A DNA stretch of 49,050 bases, counting the filler, from Streblomastix strix (taxonomy: Eukaryota), in assembly GCA_008636045.1 (NCBI GenBank). It is 3 parts of 3 records of this genome, joined end to end, with 100 filler letters (N's around TTAATTAATTAA, not from the genome) between each part and the next. Parts side by side here need not be neighbours in the genome. Positions count along the whole stretch, not along the records: positions 1 to 16,291 come from SNRW01000847.1; positions 16,392 to 32,671 come from SNRW01000848.1; 1 more part is not named here. One strand, 5' to 3'. A program made the position numbers and the translations under genes. The notes under the pieces are model-generated. The model worked only from the letters and a program-made list of their open reading frames with translations. It was not told the origin of the DNA and made no database searches. Within the stretch, counting starts at the first letter, position 1, and every line of letters begins with the position of its first letter. Positions 13,701 through 27,789 of this stretch are shown piece after piece.

Positions 13701-13840
13701 TTATAAATATCAATTCATATATCAATTATTCATTTGTCTATTACATTAATCCATCTACATTCGCAGGTATCCACTGTGCCACCTTCATAATCCGCCACCG
13801 CATACATTTATCTACACATCTCCATATAACAATGCACTGA
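10750..13840 (+). pseudogene. ADI: Arginine deiminase (eukaryotic/metamonad type), apparently decayed
   Basis: Exons give KDQQITTRKGVVIG, LEGGYFLPAGDHCFIGCGLRTN, DLFGT, DRKHLDTVFN, NLLSLG and IHCAT. There is no AG acceptor near 12598, the last intron has a phase mismatch, and the 5' boundary is uncertain. Confidence 0.8.
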
Positions 13841-14574
13841 TCTCTCAATCATCACAAATGTAGCAACAATTATGCACAGTATAACAGTGAGCAAATACCT
13901 TAAAGTAGCGTTGAAGTTGATAGGAATTTGAATGCTACTGCTGATAGAGGAGTCAATGATCAGGATAATAAGTAATAAAGAATATAAAAGTAATTTAAAT
14001 GTATAGAAATGATTAAAATAAAGAATGTTAAAAATTATTTAGAAGCCTTTGCAGTTTTATAGTAGTTTGAATAGAATCTGAATTTTTTAATGTGTGAAGT
14101 TTATCTTTGATATAGTTGTATATATTTAAATATTAAATAAGTGAACATATTAATTAAAATATAAACAAATAAAATTTCATGATTATACAACTTTTAATTG
14201 TAAGTTTTTAGCTAAATTAATTGATTTTTTTTTAGCTTAATTAACTTTTCATCAAACCAGTAAATTATTTTATTATAATAAAAATAATTTATTTATTTAA
14301 AGAAATTATATAGAAGTTAAAAATTTAAAATACAAACGTTTGGAATTTTGTATTCTTTAATTGAGCAGCATTTGCGACTTGGAATTTGTATAAAATACAA
14401 TAAAATTTAAAATTATACTTACATAAATATAACTTGAATCACAAAAATTATTTATTCACACAAAATATTTAATGTTTGTCGAGAAAAATTTTAGTAAAAA
14501 AATAATATTTTTGATCTCGATCAAGAAAGCATAAAATAATATACTTTCCAATTAAAATATAAATGAAACAAATC

Positions 14575-16100
14575 ATGGAATAATAATTGTTGGATGAAGT
14601 TCCCTAATCGTACAAGAGTATGAAATATATTAGCTGAACTCATATTAAGTTAAATATTTTTTATCTTTTTGAAAACAGTTTATTTCTAGTTGTCATATAT
14701 ATTAATAATATATATTAAAATTAGATATATTTATTATAAATATTTATTAAATTTAATCATTCTACTTGTGGAGTAAACTAAAATTATTTCAAAATGTAAG
14801 CTGCTATGAAGAAGTGACAAATTGCTGCCGTGTCTCTGTGTTTCTAGTCTTCCGATATCCATAACCAGATTCATGTCCTATTTCAAGGTAAACATTGAAT
14901 TAATCTAAAAATTTTAAAAAATTATTAATTATAATTTTATATTCTATATAGTAATCAAATTTTGAACCAATTTATTGGACTATATGAAGTATATGAACTC
15001 TTCGTTTTATAATTAGCTACTTTAAATAACTGCAGAGACTAAATGGATTTATTTCTCATATTCAGTATGTTTATTTTACTTAAGGTTATCAATTATCTTT
15101 AATATTTAATAATTTAATTTTCATTTGCGTGAGAAAACGAGATAATAATATTAAACAAACACTTACTTATTATTCAAACCATAATTTGCTACTTTTATCA
15201 TTAATGTCAATTAATATTTATAATTTATTATTAATCAATTATTTATATAAATAAATTAATATTCTAAATGTTTAGCAATTCAAAAAAATATACTCAAATT
15301 TTCAACTTTAAAATCAATTTAACTTTAATTAAATATATTTTTGCAATATAATTTTGTACTAATAAATTAATTTTTAAATTTTGACTTTATTTTTTTCTAA
15401 ATATTTGATTTTTAATATATATTTCAATCCATAAGGAACTGAAGTGATCTCTTGATAAAGTTATGTAAAAACAAATCATTTGGACAAGATTCTGGTAGAC
15501 TAGTGTATGCAATTTAAAATTTGCACAAAGAAATAGCAAGTGCGACAACATTCAACTATTCAGGTGTAACTATAAGTGGAGAATCAGAAGATTAAGTGCG
15601 TGTATGGAAGATTTGGCGTGATTGTCAATAGCTTGTAGCAACAGTAGATGGGCTTAGAATGGAAGTAACAGCTGTATATATAACATATGATAGTCTTGAA
15701 TGTGCAATTAGTAGATCTGATGGTTAGATGCTTTCTCGGGTATGTTAATTTTAGTTTAAATGTTAATTATTATTTGTTTTATTATTTTACATTTAATTAT
15801 ATAATTAATATTTATTTCACATTCATTTTTGTTATTATTATTAGTAACTTACCGATTACTTTCGTCTAAAGCAAATGATCAAGACAGCAAACTTCCATGG
15901 TATGGGCATTTTGTCAATCAAACTACAACTCATTACATGCGGCTCAGATCAATTTGCTAAACATTTCGATGTATCTGAAGGGAAGTAACTTCGCGAAGTT
16001 GAGTTACCAGATAAGGAACTGTTTGATATAGCTGTAGACTCAACATAGAAGAAATTTGCATTATTTGGAGCTGATCAATTGGATAGAATTTTTAGATTTA
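14575..16100 (+). pseudogene. Degenerate WD40 gene, CFAP52/WDR16-like
   Basis: ISGESEDQVRVWKIWRDCQQLVATV...VTAVYITYDSLECAISRSDG and QLITCGSDQFAKHFDVSEGKQLREVE...FALFGADQ resemble the CFAP52 C-terminal blades. Upstream exons are fragmentary and frames are disrupted. Confidence 0.6.
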
Positions 16101-16291
16101 AATTTAGATTATATTTATTATAATGAATTTACTTTAGAAATATGTTTTCAATAATTATATATATTTTAAATAAACTATTATATATAATTATTAAATATTT
16201 TATACTTGATTTTTATAATAAATAGTCTTTTTGCTGCCTATCACTATAAATATATTTTATAGTAATATTTTAATAGAGACAAAAAAATTTG

Positions 16292-16391
16292 NNNNNNNNN
16301 NNNNNNNNNNNNNNNNNNNNNNNNNNNNNNNNNNNTTAATTAATTAANNNNNNNNNNNNNNNNNNNNNNNNNNNNNNNNNNNNNNNNNNNN
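16292..16391. other. Artificial contig linker
   Basis: N44 + TTAATTAATTAA + N44, identical to the linker at 32672-32771. Confidence 0.97.
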
Positions 16392-19300
16392 GAAAGAAAG
16401 ATTTTATTCAAAATTGATCCGCCAGTATAAAATTCATAAGCAAAAATGATTATATGGAATTATGAGAATGATTCTATTATTGTAATATATAATGATGATG
16501 AAAATGAATATGAATATAATTATTAAGATATGAAATATGAATATAATTAGAAATAGATCAAAATTATGAAAAGAAAGAAAGAAATTAAAAAAGAAAAGAA
16601 ATATTATAATTCACTCTAACGATATTAATTTGTTGAATAAAGTAATTATATTCATGAACCTATTTCTATTCAACTATCAATTCCACTCTATTCTCATTCT
16701 TCATTGAATTCATAATTCACTTCTCCACTCACAATAATTACAGGATCATTATCTCTGAATACTTCTTCATCTTCAATCTCAATATTACCTCCTTCAATAT
16801 TAGATAGATCATCTCACACATTGGGATTTGTATATCATCATGGATATTCAGAATATATAATTGTAAGTGAAAGAGATCATTAAAGAAGAGAATAAGAAAT
16901 ATAATTGAAATAAGAAACATCTATTAATCATCCTCGTCAACTTTCATAATCTTATTATCCTTCTTTGCTTATTAATTAATTCAATAAGAATAGTAACTTG
17001 AATTATTAAATAGAAAATCCTTTGGCTTATTCTGTTCGTTTAACATCAAATATTATATCACAGTTTTCCTAATTCAATCATTAATTATCATAATCATAAT
17101 ATTAACCAACTTCTTTTCATACATAATCATTATAACAATAATCCAAATATAATAATCAATGGTAATATGCAGGTAATCTTTCTCCAATTCTTTAAAGCTC
17201 ACCATTATAATTTGGATAGAAATAAAATTAATAATAATAATAACAATAACAATTAAATAATACTCAACATCCATAAATTCATATGCCAATTCCTTCATCA
17301 TCAAACTAAATATAACAATCAACCACAAATACAACTCAACCATCAATTTCTTATTCAATATAACCATCTCCTCCTTCTCCATATTTACAATCTTGTTCTC
17401 CATCTTATTCTCAATAGTCACATTATTCATATTAATCTTCATCTCCATCAAACACACCGACTCCTCCTCAATCTAAGAATATGAATATTAATTAATTGGA
17501 GGAGTAAAAGAAGTTAAAGAAGAAGAATAAAATGATGAAGAAAAAGTTAAAATAAAGTGAAGAATAAAAGATAATAAATAATGAAAGGGATAGAATGAAT
17601 TAGAAAAAATAAATGTATATTGAAGCAGCTTAATAATTGAATGAAATTGTAAAGAAAACACTTGATTTTTAAATAGAGGAAAAAGTTGAGTTGGAAAAAT
17701 AAAAGAAGAAAAAAGTATTATTATCAAATATTAATAAAAATTAGAAAGAAAGTAAAAAGAATAAAAACCTGTTGTATTGTCACAATTTCACCAAAACATT
17801 CACAATTATAAATTAAATTTAATATATTAACATAAATATTAATAATCTTTAAAATTCACCTGATATATCAAAAGATGCATAATAATAATAATAATCATAA
17901 TCTTCTTTATCTCCTCCTCTTCTTATTCAAGCAGTGCCTTATCAATCTTCTCATTAACATTCTCATTCTTATTCTAATATTCCCCCATCTTCTTCATCTC
18001 CTTCTTCATCAACAGATTCTTCATCAACACAAACATCTTCATTTCATCCATAAATATTCTAAAGGACTCCAGGATTCAATTAATTCCCACCAATTCCTCC
18101 TCCTTCTCTTCCAATATTGTCTCCTTCCATTCAATAACCATCTGATATTAATATACCCAATATACTTCATTCATCTCCTGTTCCTCCTTCTTCCTTATAA
18201 AATATTGATATTGACTCTGCTTATTAGAATTATTAGTCATAATTAATTCTTTCACCTTCTTATTCTTATTCTGACACTGAATAGATGAATAATAATGATT
18301 AAGATATTAATAAGTAGTAATTTAAAGAATTGAATGATGTGAATAAAAATGATATTGAAAATGATAATAAAACTGATTAAAAATAGAAAGAATAAGAAAA
18401 AGATACTAATATTCCATCAAATCTGGATTATGATCAATAACTTGAATAAGATCAATTATCATAAAAAATAGATCGTACACAAAATGAAAATGAATAAGAA
18501 TAGAAAAATAAAAACGAATAAGAAAATAAAGATTAAATTGAAGTTATAATAAAAGATCTAAATGATAATAAAGTATTTTCTATATCAAAATAAAATGAAA
18601 TTGAATAAAAATCTCAATCTATTTTAGATATAGAGAATTAATATGACTTGATGGATAATGAAGAGTATGTGATTGATGAAACTGATGATTAAATAAGTTT
18701 ATTAAACAGTCCTTCTTCAACATAAATGGCTTTCTATTAATATAATTATGAGAGAAAAATAAATAATGAATAAAATAATGAATCAAAATAAATTGATGAT
18801 AATAATAATGTAAATAATAATAATAAAGTATTTAGTGATGAAAAATCAAAAATTGAGACAATGAGTAATTAATAAGATGTATTTGAATTGGAATAAGATG
18901 GATATACCAAAAATGAAAGTGATGAAGAAACAGATTCTGATGATGAAGATGAATACAAATTATGTGAACATTTTAATTCTGAAGTTAAAATGCATATTTC
19001 ACCACATTCTTTATTACCTTATTCTAAATTGAATAAATTTAAACATGCAAGAAAAGTCTAAAAGCAACGAAAAGTAAAAGATGAAAAAGATGAAAATGAA
19101 TCTTCATCTTAAACATCATCACAGAGTGAAACTGAAATTGATGAATCTGACGAATATTTCAAAGACATTTCTTCACATTATTGTAATTAATAATCTTTAG
19201 GAAGATCATTTTTATATGACATGAAATAAGGAAATCTTATTTATGAAAGGAAAACAGATGATTTATTATCTAAAATATTAAATAAAAACAGTATTAATAA

Positions 19301-22300
19301 TAATTAAGAAGAATAAAATGATGATTAATAACAATATTCGTCATTATAATAAAATGTTAATTTATTTAATAGTAATCCTTATAAATATTCTTTATATCCT
19401 CATAATTATGATCCATAAACTACTTTTACTCATTTTAATCCAAATTCAGTCTAAAGAAATGCGAATAAATAAGAATAATAGAAATCTATTGACTCTCTTC
19501 AAACTTTAAGTCTATTATCAAAAATAAGTAAAGTGAAAAAAATTGGACCAAAAAAGTAAGGAAAGGTGATAGAAATTGAGAAAGAGAAATAAGAGATGAA
19601 AAATTAAACCTCATTTTCTACATAAGATTAATCATTATCACAATCGTAATTTAAAACCATGAATCAATTTGAATAACAATCATTGTCATAATCATTATAT
19701 TAATTTTAAAATCCTAATAATTAATAAAGCAACAGTTAATAAACCTAAAATATTTATTCATAATTATCAATAAATTAATTATAAAATTAGTCTTATATAA
19801 AAGATACTGATTCATTATCAAACGTTTCTGATTAATATTCTGAGTAAGAATAAGAATATTTTTCTGAAAATTCTTTTAATTAATAATAATAAATATCAAA
19901 CAAAGAAAATTATTATATAAACGAAACAGAAACAGAAACGGAAAGAAAAATGGATAATTCAAACAAAAAAGTTTGTATTAATGCAGAAGTTGCACTCAGT
20001 AATATGCGATAAGGATTTGAATTGTATAATCCTTCTACATCACAAAATAACTAATAGAACTAAGATTTATTCAATACTATTCTAGCATTTACAAATGAAG
20101 ATTTAGTATATCCTTCTATTCATTCTATTAATAATAATCCTTCTTCATTATCTTCTTCCTCTTCTTCTTCAATATCCTCTCAATAATAATCAATACAATA
20201 ATAAGGAAGAAATTGGAGTAGTGGATTTGGAGATGAAGTATAAAATGATTGGAATGAATAAATGGGGAAGAAAATTGAAATGAAAATAAAAATAAAGGAA
20301 TAATAATTGTTGGAAATGTTTTAATTTTATGCAAAATAAAGTTAATTGGAAATTAATAAATAAAAATATAGGGAAATTTTAAGATTTATTTCATTTTAGA
20401 TTATTTAATAATCGCTTCATTCTTCTTCTTTATTTGATTATGAATATGATGTATTTAGTGATAACGAGAGTATTCTTAATTCATATCTATGGGAATTAAT
20501 GAAGGAGTAAATAAAGGAAGAAAAGATAAGGAAAAGAGAAAAAGAAAAATAACTTAAAATCCAAAGAAATAACAATAAAATAAAAAATGAAAATGAATAA
20601 TAATAATCTCTTCTTCATTCTTCATCTAAATTATCATTATAATCTTCATCTTCATTATATTCATCTTCTTCATCATTATCTTCCATATCTTCATATTAGT
20701 CTCTTTCTCCTCCTCCATCTATTTATTTATAACCAGATTATTCACTTATATTGATTCATTCATTGCATTAAATAGTTGAAGATACAATAATGAACTAAGA
20801 AAGCTAAGAGAAAGAAAGACAAAAAGAATAACAAGGAAGAGAAAATGAAATGGGAAGATAAGAAAGTAGTAATGATGTAATGATGATGGAAATGAATTAA
20901 TCAGATTCATTATAGTAATTAAAATAAAAAAATATTGGATCATCAGAATTAAATACTCCTCCTCAATCTAAATTTCCTTCTCTTATTGATTAATCATCAT
21001 AATAAATATCTTCATATTCACATTCTTAATAATATTCAAACACTTCTTCCAACATTGAATCCAAAATTCTTCATAATTAATTATCTTCATTATCTTTAAC
21101 ATCTAGTTATATTCAACATGATTCATACAATAAAAATATTGGTATCAATACAAATAATAATAGATACATGAATGAAGAAGACCATTAAATTGATATAAAG
21201 AATAAAGAAATCTCAGAATAGTAAGAATAAAGATATAATGATTAATTAAATTATATTTCAATTTTATTATCCCTTTCTATATCAACTTCATCATATATTC
21301 AAGTTCCAGATTAGAATATATTAAGAATATTACATATTGCATTACCTGGTGATTGTTATTGCAGAGATAAAGGAGATGTAGAAAGAAATTAAAATACCGA
21401 TTATAATTATTAGAACAATAATCATATTTTCCGTACTATAATTCCGCTTTTATTTATTGATATAGAATAATCATGTTCTATTATTAACTCGTATATTTAA
21501 TAACCAATCCACCATATTAGAAAGAGTATTTATTAAGAGATGGAGAAAATGATTAAATTAATGAATAGTGAAGAAGAATAAGAAGAATAATAAGATGGAA
21601 AAGAAGAAGAGAATAAAAAAGAAAACAATTCAAATTAATTCCCACTTAATCCACCTCCATTCATCTCATCTCCAATTCCTCCTTCTCCTTAACTTACTCC
21701 TTCTGAATCATAAGCTCGATCGATTCTCTCTTTGATATTGTCTTTATTCTTACCTTGGCATTATAATGAATAATTAGATTAGGAAATTATGCATAATTTT
21801 GGTCTTCCAGGAATATCTTAAAAAAAAATTGGATATTTAATTGGAAATGCTTCACCTCAAGGAATATCAATCACTTTACCGTCAGCTTCTCATGGGAAAT
21901 AATTGTTTTAAATAAATCGTTCTCTTTCTACAGCAATATAAATGGCATAGTTATCAGTATTAATAACATTACTACACTCATTATAATAATCAATAGATAA
22001 TCAGTAGCAAAGAATGTGGGAAGATTTTGGAATTAGATTGCAACAAACATTAGAGAACGAAGAAACAGCGAAAGTAATAATAATGAATGAAGGAAATGAA
22101 GGAATTGAAAAAGTAAGAAAAAAAGGAAGTGGAATAATTATTGGTTAAGGAGCTGGCAATGGAGGTATATAAAATAAATAAGAAAAAGGAGTAATTTAAT
22201 AATAACTTTAATAACCTTAATACCCTTCTACATCAACATCTCCAATATCACATTCATCTTCAATATAATCAACTTAATCATCTTCTTCTCTTTCAGTTAA

Positions 22301-25300
22301 TAGCCAGAAACTTCTCTTCTGGTCAAATCCGATCGCTTCTGAATCATCACTTCCATTCAAACATTATTTCACTCATTCAATACCTTCTATTTAACTATTA
22401 GTCACATTACCTAGATTAAGGTTATAGTTAGTAAAATTAATTGATATTATGTAAGAAAAAGTCAGATTATTTGAAGAAAGAGAACTTTTTTAATTGGAAA
22501 CTAATGAGAGAGCAAAAGAGAAAGAAAAGAAATTTAGCAAAAAGAAAGAAAAAGACAAGAATAAAGACAATTTTGTTGATATTGAGCTTGAAGTGATGGA
22601 ATTAAGAAGATTAGATGCATAGGAAGAGATTATGAATTTGAGAGAGAGAATAATTGAATTATAAAATTAGATTGAAGAATTGTTGTTTTAAATAAATGAG
22701 GAAGAAAAGAATAAGAGAAGAAATGATTTGTAATGGAAGTTATATCTCGATTAATTAATAAGAACAGTTTTAGATTAGAAATTTATCAACAACTCATATT
22801 AACATGATGCAAAATAAAATGAGGATTATTCAAATTTAATTTAATATGCTTCGCTTCCAATGGTTGCAACACTCTATGCAAGTGAATAGAGCTCAATAAA
22901 CACAGCAGCAGATCTTTTAATAACTAAAATAATAAACAATATGAAATATGCATCATTATATGAAAAAAAGAATGAAATTGTGAAATATTCTGGAAAATAA
23001 TCTGAATTCGAGTTGAAATGCAGCAATGCAGCCAAATTATGTGCTTCTTTTATCCCACATCTAATTCCTTCAAAAGAATGGGAGAATGAGAGAAATAAAG
23101 AAAGGATAATTAATTTTAATGAAAATGAAGAAAAATTTCGTATTTTTAGTCGAAATTTTGATGTTAATGAAGATGGAACATGGGGAGAAAGATGTGGTTG
23201 GTGCGAAGTTGGTTTATAATTAGTGAATAATAATAACAATTAATTAAATATCTAAGAGAATAATAATAATATTTCATTTACTTAAGTTCCCTCTTCATTA
23301 ATTACATCTAATAATTATAGAGTGATGTTAATAGAAGGATAAGGACCAAATGGAATAACTGAAGCTGAATAAATATTCATTAAACTATTGATTAAATTAG
23401 GTCTGTCAGAACCAAGGAGTGTTGATCCTTCTTTATTTAAACCACTTCCTCAATTGCTTCTTTCATTAGCAAATATGAATTAGATGATTAGAGGAGAGAA
23501 GAAAGTTATTGGAGATGATGGAAAGAATATTAATTTGATAAGCAACATTCAACCTGATTTATTCACTGCTTCTTTAACTACTCTTTGTTCATCTGAGCTT
23601 TCATTCATTCCTCACAAAGAAGAAAAGGGATTAATATTACAGTCAATTAATAAGAATGATAATATGAAATCAACAATGAAAAAAGAATCAAATGCAATTG
23701 ACTCAATAGATAATAACGATATCAATTCCCTATAACATCACCACAGTCATCATTATTGGTTTGAATCTGATGGATAATTCTTTTAAATATAAGCAATAAG
23801 ACTCCTTTCTACTGGAATGTTATTATTAAGACCTCATATGAAAAAGTATCAATAATTTATTGATTTATTATTCAAACATTCGATGTTGAATCCTTTTGTG
23901 AAACGAAATTTATAAGAAGAAATGAATTTAAGAAGAGGAAATAGTGGAAATGGTTAATTATTCGGATAAATGACAAAATTTAATATTCCTTTATGTGATG
24001 AAAATGCTGTTATATCAATTCAAAAGCAAACTTCATAAATTCACACCGTGTTGACACAATCCAGAAAAGATGTTTCATAGAATATTGCATTAGAAAGCTC
24101 TGCAATTAAAAATCTTATTTACATTCTCAAAGCACAACAGAAATAACAGCAATAAATATAAAAGTCGTATTATGATCAGCATTATCGCACTGCTAAACAT
24201 CATAATTACACTCTCTAAGATCAATAAATATAAATATGCATTAATCCTATAGTATCAGTTAGTTCCTTTGAGCCAAAGATGGACCGAGTTTGTAGAGAGA
24301 GTCTGCTTCAAATTGGAGTAAGATGGCCTGGTCAACTTTTAGAATCTTTGTTGTCAATTGCTGAGAGACGTGAAAATATTGCAATAGAGATATCATCAAC
24401 ATTAAGAGGAATTCAATCATATGTTGAATATATGAGAGTTCTTAATGCTATGAACTCAGAATCGCACAAGATAGAAAATGATATTCTTTATAATCTTCAC
24501 AAAAGAGAGAAAATAATAAACAAAAAGAATTTATTAAATTAGAGTGAGAATGAAAAAGCAAATTCTTTTGTACTTCCTGCAATATTATCTCAAAACTCTA
24601 AAATGTAAGACCAATAATCATCAACCATAAGCACAAATATAGATCAATCTAATAAGATTATCAGTAGTGATGAATAGATGATGTTAGGTGTGGTTGCATA
24701 GGGTATATTGGAGCTTATTAGAGATTGGATTGGAATATCTGCGGAATCAGGTTCTATTGTTCTTTAAATTTATTCTTAAATATTATTGCATTTTATTATT
24801 TCAGGTCACCTGTAAATATTATTACCAAAAGTTACATAGATTGTTTGTGTACTTTTAGATCCATCAGATGAAAAGACGAGGAAAGAAGCAATGTTGTCTA
24901 ATACTGGATAAGCAGTGATTGGAGAGATAGTTCGAAGATATCCAATGGTGGATTATTCTGCTTAATCAGCTAAACTGATGATAGGACTTGGAAATGGGAT
25001 TGTCGAGATATGGTCACTGTAATAGATGATGAAAGAGAAACAGTTTGTTGCTCATGAAAAGGCTATTTGCGCGGCTGCTTTCTCACAAAATGGACAACTT
25101 TTAGCCACATTTTGTGGAGCTGAAGGAGAAGCACGAATCTGGAGGTCTGAACCAGGAGCACTTGGCTAACTTTTAGGGCGAGTTGGGCGCCCTCTTCAAG
25201 TTTTTAGTATCCGTTCGTTAGTTGGTGTTGCTTCATTTAAAGATGATTCTGTGATGAATCGAAATACAACTGCAAACAAATAAAAAGTGATCAAAACAGA

Positions 25301-25538
25301 TGAAAGAGAAGACAAAACTACTGAAAGAAGAGGAATCAGTAATATAATGAGTGAAGGAGAAGTAATTGAAGCAGCTCTGATGTGGATGGAAGGAGGAAGA
25401 AGCATTCAACTCTAATGGAGCAACTCTCCTTTTGGATCTTATTCTGCTAAAAGACGCGCTCAAGCATTACTGGATTTTGACTAACAAAACGATAATATTG
25501 ATTCATTCACTTGTACATTTGGCCTGAATAAGCATTGA
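16392..25538 (+). CDS. WDR7/Rabconnectin-3 beta-like WD40 protein, 5'-partial, about 3050 aa, apparently intronless
   Basis: The code-6 frame is the same at the contig start, at spot-checked internal points and at TGA 25536-25538. Motifs: LSLFLPWHYNEQLD, INRSLSTAIQMAQLSV, ASLPMVATLYASEQSSINTAADLL, LDPSD, IVRRYPMVDY...LMIGLGNGIVEIW...AHEKAICAAAFSQNGQLLATF. Confidence 0.8.
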
Positions 25539-25599
25539 TTTTTGAGTGTTTTATTATTATATACATGTAAATATCGACCAATAAAAACAACTTTATTAT

Positions 25600-27072
25600 T
25601 CACGTTTATTGTGTTTGTGTTTGATCTTATTTAGAAACAAGAAGTGATGATGAAGATGTTGTTGCTGTAAGTGGTTCAGATGATGAGTGTGTTGAAGTGT
25701 TTAATTTTGGAGTTCGTAACAATGGAGGAGGTGGAGGTAATATTCCCAATTATTCATCTGTTTCATGAGATGCATTATGTCCTCCTGGTTAGATCCAATG
25801 AATTCGACCATCTCTATGAAGGAGTTTGTTTGATTAATTAGTAATGGAGGCTCTAGGAAGTGATTAATTCAGATTCCATATAATTGGAGGTATTGGTGAA
25901 GGTGATTCTTAATTTGTTGGAGTTGGAGTTGTAGAGAGCGGAGGAGATTAAGAAATAATACAATATGGAGCAGTTGTTGATTATTAAGAGTGCAATGAAT
26001 TTTATGGTGATTCAATTTGAGGTGGACTGAATTATGGATTGTAATGTAGTGGTTGAAATATTTATGAAAGGTTTGAGTATCCGTATAATTAATTGGAATC
26101 TATATAGGAGAGACTATTAGCCATCTTCAATCCTGGAAGTTTATCTGATAAGGAAATAATTTAGAAAATATGTGGTTTTTATAATAATTTATCTCCTCTA
26201 CTGCAACATTTGGCTCTAAATTCATAGACATCTTCAGAGGTATCATCATTACTTTATCGATCTTATTCTTTTATTTTTCCATTATTTTGAGTTTTGTTAT
26301 TAAATTCATCTGAAAATAAACGTTAGCATTTATCAATTAAAACTTTATCACCAAATTGAACTGTAAGAAGAACAGGCTCATTTGGAACATCCTGTGTTAA
26401 TTCAGTTCTGAAAATATGGAAATCCATTTCAACAGCCCATTTGTCTCTTTCCTTCTCTAATTAATCCTTATTTACCTTAATTTCAGTCAATCCTCCAAAA
26501 TTCTTCCATTTATCTTTCCATTTTCCAACATCAAAATTCTTCTCTTTTTCTCTATCTATAATCTGTTATGTATGAAAATGGACTGTCTTTCTGTCAATTC
26601 CACCAATTAATGATAGTACTCTTCCTTTGAAGATGCAATCAAAATAAATGTCTGGTGCACTTCGAGCTTCTCCAAAGAAAAGTTAAGCAAAATATGGGTA
26701 TGTATGAGACTTACAAATCTTGCGAGTGTCATTAATTGGCGCAAGATTGAATGTTGGTTCATGCCCTCTGAATGTAATTGTGGCCTTAAAAGAGAATTGT
26801 TCGTTCACACGAGGTTCTTTATACGTTTAAAGAGTTTAAGGGGTTGTACATAGCTATATATCTCTGCAATACTTTGGAGCGCCTGGTATACTCATTTAAA
26901 GCACTATTTGTCTATTTTATACAGATTTGACTAATCCTTGCCATTAAATACTCGTTCCATTAAAAATACGTGCATTTTTTCTTAAATTTTCGTTTGCATT
27001 AGCAGAGCAAAAGCGATGGAACTCTGAAATAGTGAATAGACAAACATCTAGCCCTGGTGAAAAGTCTTCCAT
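25600..27072 (-). CDS. Hypothetical protein (490 aa): globular N-terminal part, Pro/Ser-rich tail
   Basis: Code-6 ORF MEDFSPGLDVCLFTISEFHRFC...IQWQGLVKSVQNRQIVL... ends at TGA 25600-25602. Length 1473 nt, divisible by 3. Confidence 0.8.
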
Positions 27073-27789
27073 TGTTAATAAAATTAACCTGTAAATAAAT
27101 TTAAAAAATTGATTATTATCTTCTAGTATATATAAAAAACACAAATTAAAAAAGATGTAAGGTTTTAATTATTTAAAAAAACGATACAGATATGCTATTT
27201 AGTGTGCAATGTTTGATTTTTAAATATTTTATTTAGTTATTCAAAGTTTTTTGCATGTACTGTAAAATAAATCGAATATTTCTATATAATAAACTGGTAT
27301 AATTATATAAGATTGGGTACAATTAACATATCGAAAAAATGGATACTAATAGAGGGGAAAAGGGTATAATAATAAAATTATGAGCCAAATTTTGTATCTG
27401 CTTATGTCTACAAAATAATTCTATCTCATTCGAAAATGTATCGAATAAATGTCATATTAAACTCTAACTAATTAAACTGAGTTAGATCTCTGGAATTGTG
27501 AGCGATTTACTTTTCCAAATATTTTATTGGATTTGTTATACTTAAATTACATCAATAAATCGATAGTATTACATAATATTGTCATTAAGTTGAATTATTT
27601 TTTATTACACTATTTATAACATCATTGCTATTAAATTGCAATGAAATACAAAATTTGTATTTATCTTCCTTTTTTGATCTTTTCAAAACAATTTATCAAT
27701 ATTTAATTAAAAAAATTGTATAATTATATGCTTTTATATTCGTTTTACTCTATTTTTATTAGAAATTATTAGAATTTAAAATTAAAATC

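Noticed and set aside
16738..23239. Many short hydrophobic ORFs from the standard-code track
   Set aside because: They are artifacts of AT-rich sequence and the wrong genetic code, overlapping the long WDR7-like frame.
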